Under the pieces are notes generated by a model. It had not been told where the DNA came from and ran no database searches. It saw only the letters and a program-made list of their open reading frames with translations. From Halarcobacter sp. (lineage in GTDB: Bacteria > Campylobacterota > Campylobacteria > Campylobacterales > Arcobacteraceae): DNA of 64,000 nucleotides. This document shows positions 1 through 10,638 of this stretch, in pieces. Where the stretch lies: the NCBI GenBank assembly GCA_048571215.1, contig CP182352.1:992001-1056000 (forward strand). Reading direction: 5' to 3'. Position 1 is the stretch's first letter. Each line of letters opens with the position of its first letter. Position numbers and translations under genes: made by a program.

Positions 1-64
1 TTTTTATGGTATGAATAAATTTAACAACGTATAATAGCTAATTTTTTCTTTATTTATATTTTTT

Positions 65-94
65 TTGACAAAAACATCAAAAATTTTGTATAAT
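65..94 (+). promoter_or_regulatory. Sigma70-type promoter of the flaG-like gene
   Basis: TTGACA (65-70), 18-nt spacer, TATAAT (89-94); AAGGAGG RBS at 111-117 before ATG 123. Confidence 0.7.
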
Positions 95-122
95 AATATA
101 AAAGTTATTTAAGGAGGTCGTT

Positions 123-527
123 ATGGAATATGGACTAATCCCAACAATTAATCAGTATGCTGATAATAATCAAGTATTAATTCAACAAGTGCAACCTTCT
201 AGTGAAATAACAAATGCAAAACTTAGAGAGGGTGATGAGGCAAAAGATATTGCAAAATCAAACTTTCTAAAACCTAAAGATGAGATTCAGAAAAATGGTG
301 AAACTCAAGAAACAAAGCAAGTTGATGCAAAAACTATTTCACAATACCAAGAGGTTGTACTTACAAATCTAAATTTTGGTTTTAATAATAAATCAAAAGA
401 TTTTTATGTAAAAGCAATTAGAGGTGAAGCTGAAAATCAATACCCAACTGATGAAATGATGAAACTAAAAGCATATTTAATGGCTCAATCAAAAGCTGAA
501 CTTGAGCAACAAATAGCGGCAAGTTAG
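123..527 (+). CDS. FlaG-like flagellar accessory protein
   Basis: C-terminal LNFGFNNKSKDFYVKAIRG...QYPTDEMMKL resembles the FlaG pattern (LxF...VKV...RQIPxEE); strong RBS. Confidence 0.6.
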   Translation: MEYGLIPTINQYADNNQVLIQQVQPSSEITNAKLREGDEAKDIAKSNFLKPKDEIQKNGETQETKQVDAKTISQYQEVVLTNLNFGFNNKSKDFYVKAIRGEAENQYPTDEMMKLKAYLMAQSKAELEQQIAAS

Positions 528-892
528 TCTAAGTTTATTGTTGAGTTGATTTTTATTAATAAATCTCTAGCTTCATAATACTTTTGTATATTATCTATTT
601 CAATACAATCAAGTAATGACTTATACTTTTCAAAGACATTCCAAATTTTTTTATAACTTTCTGGTCTTTTTTTTATAAAATACAAAGCTAATGCTGTGGC
701 ACCATTTATTAAACCTTGAACTGCTTTTGCTTTTAGTCTATACTCCTCTTGATTTGTTTTTTTCCAGATAGTTTTATATTCTCTCCAATCCTCTTCTAGA
801 AGTTCATGGGCTTCTACATACATACCTTTTTCTACAGCATAAATAAATCTATCAATAGATGTTTTTTGTGTAAAGATAGATTTATCATACAC
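524..892 (-). CDS. DUF309-family protein
   Basis: YVEAHELLEEDW...QGLINGATAL matches the DUF309 EAHExLExxW / QGLI motifs; overlaps the uvrA stop. Confidence 0.75.
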   Translation of the reverse strand: MYDKSIFTQKTSIDRFIYAVEKGMYVEAHELLEEDWREYKTIWKKTNQEEYRLKAKAVQGLINGATALALYFIKKRPESYKKIWNVFEKYKSLLDCIEIDNIQKYYEARDLLIKINSTINLD

Positions 893-3701
893 CGTTTAGC
901 TCTTTTTCAAGATAATATCCAGTATAAGAGTTAGTTTCTTTATGCTCTTTTGCTAAGGTTTCAGGAGTTCCTTGGGCAATGATTTTACCACCTTTGCTTC
1001 CCCCTTCTGGTCCCATATCAATCACCCAATCAGAGTTTTTGATAATATCAAGATTGTGCTCAATCACAAGTACTGAGTTTCCAACTTCAACTAGGTGGTG
1101 TAAAACTTTTGTTAGTCTATCAACATCTGCAAAGTGTAATCCCGTTGTTGGTTCATCTAATATATATAAGGTATTACCTGTATCTTTTTTACTAAGTTCT
1201 TTACTTAGTTTTATCCTTTGAGCTTCCCCACCTGATAGGGTAACTGCATTTTGTCCTAATGTAATATATCCAAGTCCCACATCACTTAGTGTTTGTAGTT
1301 TTGCTTTTATTTTAGGTACTTTAATAAAAAACTCTAAGGCTTCATCTACACTCATATTTAAAACATCAGAGATATTTTTACCTCTATAAAGTATCTCTAA
1401 GGTTTGGGCATTATATCTACTACCATGACAATCGTCACACTTAACCATGATATCTGGTAAAAAGTGCATCTCTATTTTGATTTCCCCTTCACCTTGACAC
1501 TTCTCACATCTACCACCCTTTACATTGAAAGAGAATCTTCCTATTTTATAACCTCTTAGTTGTGCCTCTTTTGTTTTAGTAAATAGGGTTCTAATCTCAT
1601 CCATAAGTCCTGTATAAGTTGCAGGGTTTGATCTTGGTGTTCTTCCAATTGGACTTTGATCTAAATAGATAACTTTATCAAGTTTCTCTAAACCTTCTAT
1701 CTCAACCCCATCAATTTTTTTTACTTTCCTTGCATGATTTAAAAGCTCTTTTGCTACAGGGAGTAGGGTTTGTAAGATAAGTGAAGACTTACCACTTCCA
1801 CTAACTCCTGTTATTGAACATAGGTTTTTAAGTGGTATTTTTACATCTAAATCTTTTATATTATTGATATTTACATTTTTTATCTCTATAAACTCTTCTT
1901 GAGGTCTATTGTGAACATAATCAATTACTTTTTTACCATTTATATATTGAGCTGTTAAAGTTTTAGCCTTGTTCATCTGTTTTAATGTACCAGCAAAAAC
2001 TATTTCTCCACCATATTTACCAGCATTTGGTCCAATATCAACTATAAAATCAGCTTCTTTTATAGTCTCTTTGTCATGCTCAACCACAATAACAGTATTA
2101 CCTTTTTCTTGTAGTGCTTTTAAGGTTTTGATTAGTTTATTTGTATCTCTTTCATGAAGACCAATTGAGGGTTCATCAAGTACATACATAACTCCTGTTA
2201 GTCCAGAACCTATTTGTGAAGCTACTCTAATTCTTTGGGCTTCTCCTCCACTTATGGTTCTTGCATCTCTTCCTAAAGTTATATATCCAAGTCCAACATC
2301 ATATAAAAAGAATATTCTTTCTCTGATCTCTTTTAATATAGGAGCAGAGATCATTTTATATTGATCATTTAGATAATCAAAATTTGATTCATCATGAAAA
2401 AACTTATAAGCTTCTTCTATTGGTTTATTTATAACATCTGAAATAGTTTCATTTGCCACATAAACACTTTGTGATGAGGGCTTTAGTCTATTTCCATTAC
2501 AATCAGAACATACTTTTTCTGTCATAAATTCAGCCATCTCTTTTTCATCTTTTATCATGTCGTAGGCTATTTTTACTATACCTTCCCATTTTCTAGTTAG
2601 TCTGTGTCTTTTCCAAGTAAATACAGCATCTTCAACTCCACCATGTAAAACTGCTTTTTGTTGGTGAGGTGGTAACTCTTTAAATGGAATAGTTATATCT
2701 ATTGAAGCCGCCTGACAAAAGGCTATTAGCATCTTAAAATAAAACCCTTTATTGAAACCATATATGATTCTAATGGCACCATCTTCAAGTGGTAACTCTT
2801 CATTTACAACTTTTTTCATATCAAGGGCATATCTTATTCCTAATCCATCACAAGATGGACAAGCACCTTTTGGTGAATTAAATGAGAAAGATAATGGTTC
2901 TAAGGGCTCGAAAGAGATTTTACAATCAAAACAAGCCATATGTTCAGAATAATGGATATGTTTTTCTACACCCACCTCTTCATGGTTCATAACTTCAATT
3001 TCTAACTCACCGAAGCTTTCTTTTAAACCTTTTTCAACATCTTGTGCAATTCTATCTTTATTTTCATCTTTAATAACCACTCTGTCAATAACCACTTTAA
3101 TTGTGTGCATTTGTGTTTTGGATAACTCTATATCCTCGTCAAGTCTTACCATAACACCGTCAATCATAGCTCTTACATAACCTTTTGCTCTTAGACTATC
3201 TAGTAAATCTGCAAAGGTACCCTTTTTTCTATTTATAAGTGGAGCTAGGATTACAGTTTTAGAATTATCAGGAAGGCTTAATACTTGATCAATAACGTCA
3301 GAAGCGCTCATCTGAGAGATTGGTTTTCCACATTTATGACAGTGTTGTTTTCCAATTCTTGCATATAAAAGTCTAAAATAATCATAAACTTCTGTAATGG
3401 TACCCACCGTTGAGCGTGGATTTTTTGAAGTTGTTTTTTGATCAATTGCAATTGCAGGGGTTAAACCCTCAATTCTTTCAACATCTGGTTTACCAACTTT
3501 ATCTAAAAATTGTCTTGCATAAGCAGAAAGTGATTCTATATATCTTCTTTGACCTTCTGCATAAAGTGTATCAAATGCAAGAGTTGATTTACCAGAACCA
3601 CTAAGTCCTGTAAATACTATTAATTTATTTTTTGGTATCTCTAAATCTATATTTTTTAAGTTATTCTCTTTTGCATTATATATCTTGATTGTATCAGTCA
3701 T
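885..3701 (-). CDS. uvrA: Excinuclease ABC subunit A
   Basis: Two Walker A motifs (GLSGSGKS, GVSGSGKS), two SGGEAQR signatures, CxxC zinc fingers, 938 aa. Confidence 0.98.
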   Translation of the reverse strand: MTDTIKIYNAKENNLKNIDLEIPKNKLIVFTGLSGSGKSTLAFDTLYAEGQRRYIESLSAYARQFLDKVGKPDVERIEGLTPAIAIDQKTTSKNPRSTVGTITEVYDYFRLLYARIGKQHCHKCGKPISQMSASDVIDQVLSLPDNSKTVILAPLINRKKGTFADLLDSLRAKGYVRAMIDGVMVRLDEDIELSKTQMHTIKVVIDRVVIKDENKDRIAQDVEKGLKESFGELEIEVMNHEEVGVEKHIHYSEHMACFDCKISFEPLEPLSFSFNSPKGACPSCDGLGIRYALDMKKVVNEELPLEDGAIRIIYGFNKGFYFKMLIAFCQAASIDITIPFKELPPHQQKAVLHGGVEDAVFTWKRHRLTRKWEGIVKIAYDMIKDEKEMAEFMTEKVCSDCNGNRLKPSSQSVYVANETISDVINKPIEEAYKFFHDESNFDYLNDQYKMISAPILKEIRERIFFLYDVGLGYITLGRDARTISGGEAQRIRVASQIGSGLTGVMYVLDEPSIGLHERDTNKLIKTLKALQEKGNTVIVVEHDKETIKEADFIVDIGPNAGKYGGEIVFAGTLKQMNKAKTLTAQYINGKKVIDYVHNRPQEEFIEIKNVNINNIKDLDVKIPLKNLCSITGVSGSGKSSLILQTLLPVAKELLNHARKVKKIDGVEIEGLEKLDKVIYLDQSPIGRTPRSNPATYTGLMDEIRTLFTKTKEAQLRGYKIGRFSFNVKGGRCEKCQGEGEIKIEMHFLPDIMVKCDDCHGSRYNAQTLEILYRGKNISDVLNMSVDEALEFFIKVPKIKAKLQTLSDVGLGYITLGQNAVTLSGGEAQRIKLSKELSKKDTGNTLYILDEPTTGLHFADVDRLTKVLHHLVEVGNSVLVIEHNLDIIKNSDWVIDMGPEGGSKGGKIIAQGTPETLAKEHKETNSYTGYYLEKELNGV

Positions 3702-3951
3702 TAACTATCCATTCTAAAAAAATTAAGCGGGCATTATAACATAATAAGCTATTAAAACAATGGGTGTTTTAATATATAAATATATAATTTAAAAAAAGTT
3801 AAATTTATATGTTTTTTAATTACTTAAAATTAGTAATTTTTCAACAAATTATAACTAGAATATAATATTTTAATAACTTCCTTACAATCAATGTGCTAGT
3901 ATATATGAAAATAATATTGGATTATAATAACTATATCTAAGGTGATTGCTA

Positions 3952-4320
3952 ATGGGTAAAAAAATATTAATAGTAGATGATTCTTCTATGATGAGATTGG
4001 TTGTTAAAAAAGCAGCTGCAAAAGAGGAATATGAAGTTATTGAAGCAGCTGATGGGAAAGAGGGCTTAGAGCAACTTCTAAAACATAATGACATATCTTT
4101 AATTTTAAGTGATATTAATATGCCAGTTATGGATGGTATGGAGATGGTTTCTAAGATTAAACAAAATGATGCTTTAAAATATATTCCAATTGTTATGCTT
4201 ACAACTGAAAGAAGTAATGAAGCAAAAGAGGAAGGTAAGCAATTAGGGGTAAAAGCTTGGATGGTAAAACCTTTTAATGAAGCAACCTTTATAAAAGCTA
4301 TGAAAAAACTAATTGGATAG
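3952..4320 (+). CDS. cheY: Chemotaxis response regulator CheY
   Basis: Stand-alone receiver (VDDS, SDINMP, LTTE, VKPF); ATG 3952 follows AAGGTG; first gene of the che operon. Confidence 0.88.
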   Translation: MGKKILIVDDSSMMRLVVKKAAAKEEYEVIEAADGKEGLEQLLKHNDISLILSDINMPVMDGMEMVSKIKQNDALKYIPIVMLTTERSNEAKEEGKQLGVKAWMVKPFNEATFIKAMKKLIG

Positions 4321-4323
4321 ATA

Positions 4324-4599
4324 GTGAAAATAGAGTTTGATGAGTTAACTATTAGTGAAGCTGAGGCTTTTTATAAATTATTAACTGAAAATATAGATAA
4401 TTTGGAGAATAACGAACTGACTTTAGATTTTAATGATGTTGAAAAAATAGATTTAAGTTGTGTTCAGGTTTTATTTTCACTTAAAAAGTTTTGTACTAAT
4501 ACGAATATTAATTTATCATTTACTAATCTTCAATCTAAGCAACTACAAAAAACCATAAAAACATATAATTTAGAAAAACTTTTAGGGCTTACTCAATGA
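4324..4599 (+). CDS. STAS-domain protein
   Basis: ELTISEA...LTLDFNDVEKIDLSCVQVL is a STAS signature; lies between cheY and cheA. Confidence 0.85.
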   Translation: MKIEFDELTISEAEAFYKLLTENIDNLENNELTLDFNDVEKIDLSCVQVLFSLKKFCTNTNINLSFTNLQSKQLQKTIKTYNLEKLLGLTQ

Positions 4600-6635
4600 C
4601 AGAAGAGATTCAACTATTTTTAGAAGATATGGATGAACAGCTCTCTTATATGGAAGAGGCTCTTTTAGATTTAGGTGAAGGTTCATTAGAAGATATTGAT
4701 GAGGAGTTAGTCAATAAACTATTTAGATCAATGCATACTATGAAAGGTAATGCAGGGATTTTTGGATATGAAATAATAATTGAACTAGCCCATCTATCAG
4801 AGAGTTTATTAGATGAAATTAGAAATAGAAAAATATCTTTAAACGATGAGATATTAGAGCTTCTTATGCTTGTAAATGATCACGCTAAGGTTTTAGTTGA
4901 GCTTTGTACAAGTGGAAAGAGTTTAAATAAAGAGCAAAATGATATACATCAAGATTTATTAGTAAGATTATCTAACTTTTTAGATGAAGAGGTAGATTTT
5001 TCTATTGATGAAGAACAAAACTTAGTTTCTTGTAAATATCATATTGAAGTAAAACTAAAAGATGATTTTTTTGTTTCTGGTATGGATATGTCTTCAATCA
5101 TAAAATATTTGGATTCTATTGGGGATGTAAAAGATGTAAGTATAAAAGATGGGTCTATTCCTCCATTAAATGAGTTAAATCCTTTGAAATCTTATCTAAG
5201 TTTAGAAATCTTATATAATACAAAAGAGCCAATTAGTGAAATAGAAGAGGCTTTTGAATTTGTTGAAGAGGATATAGAACTAAAGATTGAAAAACTTGAA
5301 AACTCTTTTGAAGATGAAACTTCTTCAACTCAAAAAGAGTTTCAAGTTTTTAAAAAACCATCTAAAAATAAAGTAGTAGAAAATAAAAAAGAACTAGATT
5401 CAGATTTTAGAGTATTTAAAAAGTCAAAAAAAGTTGAAGCTGAAAAAAAGGTGCCAAGTTCTAATGGCTTTACCCTAAGAGTTGACTCTACAAAAGTAGA
5501 TAGATTGATAAATCAAATTAGTGAGATGGTAATTGCAAATGCAAAAATTACTCAATATTCACTAAAAAGTAATGATACTGATTTTGAAGAAGCAGTTACT
5601 GTTATGTCAGAGATGCTTGAAGAGATTAGAAATGGTATTATGAATATAAGAATGGTTCAAGTTGGAGATTCTTTTTCTAAGTTAAGAAGGGTAGTAAGTG
5701 ATAGTGCCAAAAAAGTTGGCAAAGAGATAGGTTTTGAGATAATAGGAGGGGAAACAGAGCTTGATAAAACTGTTATTGAAAAAATCTTTGATCCCTTAGT
5801 ACATATGTTAAGAAACTCAGTAGACCATGGTATAGAATATCCTGAAATTAGAGAAGAAAAAGGGAAACTAAAAAAAGGAAGTATTATTTTAAAAGCCTTT
5901 CCTGATTCGGGTTCTATTGTTATTGAGATTATAGATGATGGAAATGGTATCAATAAAGATGTGATTTTAAAAAAAGCTATAGAAAAAAACTTAATAAAAC
6001 CCAATGAGCATTTAAGTGATGAGGAGATACTCCATCTAATATTTTTGCCAGGTTTTTCTACAGCCCATGAGATTTCTAATATCTCTGGACGTGGTGTAGG
6101 AATGGATGTAGTAAAAAGAAATATTGAAGATTTAAGAGGTAGTGTTGATATAGAAAGTACTTTGGGTGTAGGTACAACTTTTACTATAAGGCTTCCTTTG
6201 ACTTTAGCAATTATTGATGGATTTTTAGTTCAAGTTGGTAAATCAAAATATATAGTACCTTTAGATAATATACAAGAGTGTATAGAGTTAAATCAAAAAG
6301 CAAAAGAGCAGATGAAATCAAAAGGTTATATTACACTTAGATCACATATTTTACCTATTTTGGATATTGCAGAGCATTTTGAAGAAGATAAATGTGAAAA
6401 TATAAGACAAAATATAGTTATTGTACAATATGGAAAATCTAGGGTTGGATTAAAAGTGGATGAGCTTTTTGGAGAGTTTCAAACAGTTATAAAACCTTTA
6501 GGTGATCTTTTTGAAAATATTTCAGGAATTTCAGGTGGTACAATTTTAGGAAATGGAGAAATAGCACTTATATTTGATGTGCAAAAATTGATTGAACATA
6601 AAATAACGCATAAGGATAATAAAAATGGAAATTGA
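4596..6635 (+). CDS. cheA: Chemotaxis histidine kinase CheA (no fused receiver)
   Basis: Hpt LFRSMHTMKG, N-box HMLRNSVDHG, G-boxes DDGNG and SGRGVGMDVV, C-terminal CheW-like domain. Confidence 0.96.
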   Translation: MTEEIQLFLEDMDEQLSYMEEALLDLGEGSLEDIDEELVNKLFRSMHTMKGNAGIFGYEIIIELAHLSESLLDEIRNRKISLNDEILELLMLVNDHAKVLVELCTSGKSLNKEQNDIHQDLLVRLSNFLDEEVDFSIDEEQNLVSCKYHIEVKLKDDFFVSGMDMSSIIKYLDSIGDVKDVSIKDGSIPPLNELNPLKSYLSLEILYNTKEPISEIEEAFEFVEEDIELKIEKLENSFEDETSSTQKEFQVFKKPSKNKVVENKKELDSDFRVFKKSKKVEAEKKVPSSNGFTLRVDSTKVDRLINQISEMVIANAKITQYSLKSNDTDFEEAVTVMSEMLEEIRNGIMNIRMVQVGDSFSKLRRVVSDSAKKVGKEIGFEIIGGETELDKTVIEKIFDPLVHMLRNSVDHGIEYPEIREEKGKLKKGSIILKAFPDSGSIVIEIIDDGNGINKDVILKKAIEKNLIKPNEHLSDEEILHLIFLPGFSTAHEISNISGRGVGMDVVKRNIEDLRGSVDIESTLGVGTTFTIRLPLTLAIIDGFLVQVGKSKYIVPLDNIQECIELNQKAKEQMKSKGYITLRSHILPILDIAEHFEEDKCENIRQNIVIVQYGKSRVGLKVDELFGEFQTVIKPLGDLFENISGISGGTILGNGEIALIFDVQKLIEHKITHKDNKNGN

Positions 6636-7476
6636 AAAAATATTAGGAGATAGAGACCTAATTGTTAGTTCAACAGATAAGAAAGGTTTTATAACCTATG
6701 TAAATAGTACATTTAGTGAAGTATCAGAATACACAAAAGATGAATTATACGGAAAACCTCACAATATAATAAGACACCCTGATATGCCAAAAGCTATTTT
6801 TGAATATGCTTGGAAAAACTTATTAGATCATAAACCAGTTGTTGCTTATGTTAAAAATTATATAAAAGGGAAAAAACAATATTATTGGGTAAAAGCTGTA
6901 ATGTATCCAAAGGTTATTAATAATGATATAGATTCAATCACTTCATATAGAACCAAAGCAACAAGTTTTGAAGTACACCAAATCAAAGAGATATATAAAG
7001 TTTTAATAGAGTATGAAAAAACTCACAATGCTCAAGAGTCTTTAGCCTATTTTATTGAATACTTAAAAGATAAAAGCCTTTCATATGATAAGATGATAAA
7101 TAGATTAAATGATAATAAACAAGTATTAAATAAAGCCTTGTTAAATATAGATATTACAAAATACAGAACAGATCATAAGATTTTTAGAAGTAGAATTGAA
7201 AGTTTAGTTGAAAAAGGGTTTGAAAATATAGAGATTAAAAAACCAACTTGTTGTAATTTTGGTAAAAAACTAGCTGAACTTGAAGATGAACCATTTGCAA
7301 AAGATAGTAAATTTTTAGAAATTAAAAAAGTACATAATAGAATTCATGCTAAATTAGAAGAGTATGTAAATGCAGATGAAACAAATAGAGGTATACATAT
7401 GAATGAAGTTTATAAAGATATAGATAAGTTGTTTGGTATAGTTGAAGATTTACAAAATGATCATAAATATGAATAG
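6625..7476 (+). CDS. Aer/CetB-type FAD-binding PAS domain fused to a CZB zinc-binding domain
   Basis: N-terminal IVSSTDKKGFITYVN...GKPHNIIRHPDMP (Aer PAS); C-terminal DH...CCNFG...HNRIH (CZB His/Cys/His/His pattern). Confidence 0.8.
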   Translation: MEIEKILGDRDLIVSSTDKKGFITYVNSTFSEVSEYTKDELYGKPHNIIRHPDMPKAIFEYAWKNLLDHKPVVAYVKNYIKGKKQYYWVKAVMYPKVINNDIDSITSYRTKATSFEVHQIKEIYKVLIEYEKTHNAQESLAYFIEYLKDKSLSYDKMINRLNDNKQVLNKALLNIDITKYRTDHKIFRSRIESLVEKGFENIEIKKPTCCNFGKKLAELEDEPFAKDSKFLEIKKVHNRIHAKLEEYVNADETNRGIHMNEVYKDIDKLFGIVEDLQNDHKYE

Positions 7477-7507
7477 TATTAAAAGATGTGAGCTTAAAGG
7501 TTAAAAA

Positions 7508-9202
7508 ATGGGAAAAATTAAAATAGACGAAAAAGAGTTTGATAAAATACTTAAAGCGTTAGATGATATCGAAGATGGTAAGTTTGATATTTCATTAAAA
7601 TCTGATGATAAAAAAGTATCAAAACTAGTGGATAAAATCAATAAGATAGCAAAAGAGATGGGTAATATGGAGATACATGCAAAAAGGATGTATGATGAAG
7701 TTGCCCAAGGTAATATGGATTATAGAGTTGATTCTAGAAATTTCCATAATGGATATGAAAATATTTTAGAGTCAATAAACTCAATGGTTGATGTTCCTGT
7801 TTCTGCTATTAGAGATTTTAATTATGCTATGACAAAACTTTCAGGTGGTGATTTTGATTCAAGAGTTTCAAATAACTATTTAGGAGAGTTTGAAGATATG
7901 AAATACTCATTTAATGCTATTTCAAATATCTTAAGAGATATACAAAATGATAGTTATATGTTAAATCAAGCTGCCCTTAGTGGACAATTAAGCATTCAAG
8001 TAGATAAATCAAAATATTATGGTGATTTTGCAATTATAATTGAAACTATTAATAACCTTACTATGGTTACAAGAAATGTTTTTAATGAAACTATTTTTGG
8101 TCTTAGAGCTTTACAAAGAGGTGATTTTGATTCACGAATTCATACAGAATATAAGGGTGATTTTGATATTGTAAAAGAGTCTGTAAATAATACAGCAGAG
8201 ATATTAACTAGGTTTATAACTGATATTGGAAGTTTAAATGAAGAGGCTTCAAATGGTAATTTGAAAGCTAAAATTGATGAAAGTGTATATACTGGTGGAT
8301 ATACAGAAGTTGCACAGGGGATTAATAGTTTTTCTTCAAAAGTTGAACAAATAGTAGATACTGTTAAAACTGCATCAACAGAGGTTTTAGTTGCAGCAAA
8401 TATTGTAAATAAATTGGCCCAATCTATATCAGCTGGTGCAGAACAACAGGCAAGTTCTTTAGAAGAGACTACAGCTTCAATTGAAGAGATTAGTGCAAAT
8501 ATTTCTGAAACAGCAAAAAATGCCACTAGAACAAGTCAAGTTGCTGAGGTAACTTCTGGGGTTGCTAAAAAAGGTGGTGAATCTGTAGCTCAAACGGTCG
8601 AAGCTATGAATATAATATCTGAAAAAATCATTATTATTGAAGATATTGTTTATCAAACAAATCTTCTGGCACTAAATGCAGCAATTGAGGCTGCACGTGC
8701 AGGGGAGCATGGGAAAGGATTTGCTGTAGTTGCAGCTGAGGTTAGAAAACTAGCCCAACGTTCAAAGGTTGCAGCTGAAGAGATAAGTAAAATCATAAAA
8801 AATAGTGTGGGTATATCAAAAGAAGCTGGGGAGTTAATCCAAAGTTTAATCCCACAAATTAGTGAAACTGCAAACTTAGTAACAGATATTTCGGAAGCTT
8901 CAAAAGAGCAAGAGATAGGTATAGAGCAAATTAATGTTGCAATGAGTGAATTAGATTCTGTAACACAAACCAATGCTAATGCTTCTAGTGAATTATCCTC
9001 TTCAGCTGAAGAGTTAGATGCCCAAGCAGGAGAACTTAGTAAAATGATGTCCCATTATACAACATCAGGTACAGATAAGTCACCTTTAAAAATACCATCT
9101 ATGGATTTAAGTGATATAGAAGTAAAGGTTTTTGATAAGAAAAAAGATGAATCAGAAGATAATGAAGAAGAGATAAATCTTAGAAATTTTGAAAGATTCT
9201 AG
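7508..9202 (+). CDS. Cytoplasmic methyl-accepting chemotaxis protein with poly-HAMP chain and C-terminal pentapeptide
   Basis: [34 protein letters not shown] hairpin tip; about six GxFxxR...N HAMP-like repeats; no transmembrane segment; ends NFERF. Confidence 0.93.
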   Translation: MGKIKIDEKEFDKILKALDDIEDGKFDISLKSDDKKVSKLVDKINKIAKEMGNMEIHAKRMYDEVAQGNMDYRVDSRNFHNGYENILESINSMVDVPVSAIRDFNYAMTKLSGGDFDSRVSNNYLGEFEDMKYSFNAISNILRDIQNDSYMLNQAALSGQLSIQVDKSKYYGDFAIIIETINNLTMVTRNVFNETIFGLRALQRGDFDSRIHTEYKGDFDIVKESVNNTAEILTRFITDIGSLNEEASNGNLKAKIDESVYTGGYTEVAQGINSFSSKVEQIVDTVKTASTEVLVAANIVNKLAQSISAGAEQQASSLEETTASIEEISANISETAKNATRTSQVAEVTSGVAKKGGESVAQTVEAMNIISEKIIIIEDIVYQTNLLALNAAIEAARAGEHGKGFAVVAAEVRKLAQRSKVAAEEISKIIKNSVGISKEAGELIQSLIPQISETANLVTDISEASKEQEIGIEQINVAMSELDSVTQTNANASSELSSSAEELDAQAGELSKMMSHYTTSGTDKSPLKIPSMDLSDIEVKVFDKKKDESEDNEEEINLRNFERF

Positions 9203-9210
9203 GAATATTT

Positions 9211-9690
9211 ATGGAAAATATAAATTCAAACTCTACAAAACAATATCTAATTTTTGTTTTAAATAATGAAAAATATGCAACAAAAGCAGATAATGTTCAA
9301 GAGATTGTGGATTTTATGAATATAAGAAGAGTTCCAAAGTCAAACCCCTGTGTAAAAGGAATAACCAATGTTAGGGGAGATTTGATTGCAGTTGTTGATC
9401 CTAAAATTAGATTTGGAATTGGTAGTATAGATATTCAAAAGAGGACATCATTTATTATATTTAATATTTTAAATAATAAAAAACAAACTATTTTATCAAT
9501 TGCTTTAATGGTAGATATGGTAATTGAAGTTGATGATATTTTGCCAGAAGATATTTTACAAACTCCAGAGTTTGGCTCTAAAATTGAGCAAAAATATATT
9601 GAGAATATAATTAGATTTGATGATGAATATATTACTGTTTTAGATATGGATATGGTTTTAAATATTCCAGAGTTATCGCAAATAAGTTAA
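9211..9690 (+). CDS. cheW: Chemotaxis coupling protein CheW
   Basis: YLIFVL..E.YA, VPKS..CVKGITNVRGDLIAVVD. Confidence 0.92.
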   Translation: MENINSNSTKQYLIFVLNNEKYATKADNVQEIVDFMNIRRVPKSNPCVKGITNVRGDLIAVVDPKIRFGIGSIDIQKRTSFIIFNILNNKKQTILSIALMVDMVIEVDDILPEDILQTPEFGSKIEQKYIENIIRFDDEYITVLDMDMVLNIPELSQIS

Positions 9691-9699
9691 GGATTTTTT

Positions 9700-10638
9700 T
9701 TGGAACTTGAATATAATGACGATTTAGATAACAATGATGATTTAGATTTACTTGAATTGATTACAAGTGATTCAAGTACTACAAATAAGTATTTAGTATT
9801 TGAAGGCTCTAATAAAGAGTATTATGCAATAAATGTTGCAAAAGTTATTGAGGTTTTAGTTTATAAAGACCTAAAAATGGCAAAAAATGGTAGTAGTGAA
9901 AGTATTATTAGAGCAACTGCACAAATTAGAGATGAAATGGCTACTATTATAAACTTTGATCAATGGTTTGGAAATGAAGTTTTAGATGATAGTGAATACG
10001 AATATGTTATTCTAGCAGGTTTTGGTGGATACAATTTGGCAATTATGATAAAAAGTGTAGAGTATATTGTAAGTATTGATTCTAAAGATATGAAAGATAA
10101 CTCAATGAATAATCCAAAGACAAATTTTATCTCTGATATAAAATTAAATGGGGAGCATAAACTTTGTACAGTTTTTGATTGTGATAAATTACTTTTAGAC
10201 ACCTTTGAAGATGTTGGCAAAAAAAACAATCTTGAAAAGATTGAATATAAAAAGAATATAAATAGTGATAAACTTGTACTTTTTGCAGATGATAGCAGGT
10301 TTATAAGAATAACTGTACAAAAACTTTTGGAGAAACTTGAATTAAGATATAAAATCTTTGATAATGGTTTAGCGTTACTAAATGAGATTAAAACATTAAA
10401 CCCAAGTGATATTGGCTTGGTTATTACAGATTTAGAGATGCCAATAATGGATGGTAATGAGCTTGTAAAGAGTATCAACGAACTTGATGGTTATGAGGCA
10501 ATAAGTATTATAGTACATACAAATATGAGTAACTTTATAATGAAAAGTTCATTGACTAAATTGGGAGTTGATGAAGTGATTGCAAAAATAGATATGAATC
10601 AGTTATCTAAAGGGATTAGTAAGTATTTTATTCCATGA
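9700..10638 (+). CDS. cheV: CheV-like protein (CheW plus receiver)
   Basis: YYAINVAKVIEV CheW-like N-terminus; C-terminal receiver FADDS...TDLEMP; TTG start after AAGGA. Confidence 0.82.
   Translation: MELEYNDDLDNNDDLDLLELITSDSSTTNKYLVFEGSNKEYYAINVAKVIEVLVYKDLKMAKNGSSESIIRATAQIRDEMATIINFDQWFGNEVLDDSEYEYVILAGFGGYNLAIMIKSVEYIVSIDSKDMKDNSMNNPKTNFISDIKLNGEHKLCTVFDCDKLLLDTFEDVGKKNNLEKIEYKKNINSDKLVLFADDSRFIRITVQKLLEKLELRYKIFDNGLALLNEIKTLNPSDIGLVITDLEMPIMDGNELVKSINELDGYEAISIIVHTNMSNFIMKSSLTKLGVDEVIAKIDMNQLSKGISKYFIP

Noticed and set aside
65..80. TTGAC...ATCAA as an FNR box
   Set aside because: The spacer is 6 nt rather than 4, and the left half is explained by the -35 hexamer.
9715..9747. Short duplication (NDDLD twice) at the cheV 5' end
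   Set aside because: An in-frame micro-duplication in a probably disordered N-terminus, with no evidence of function.
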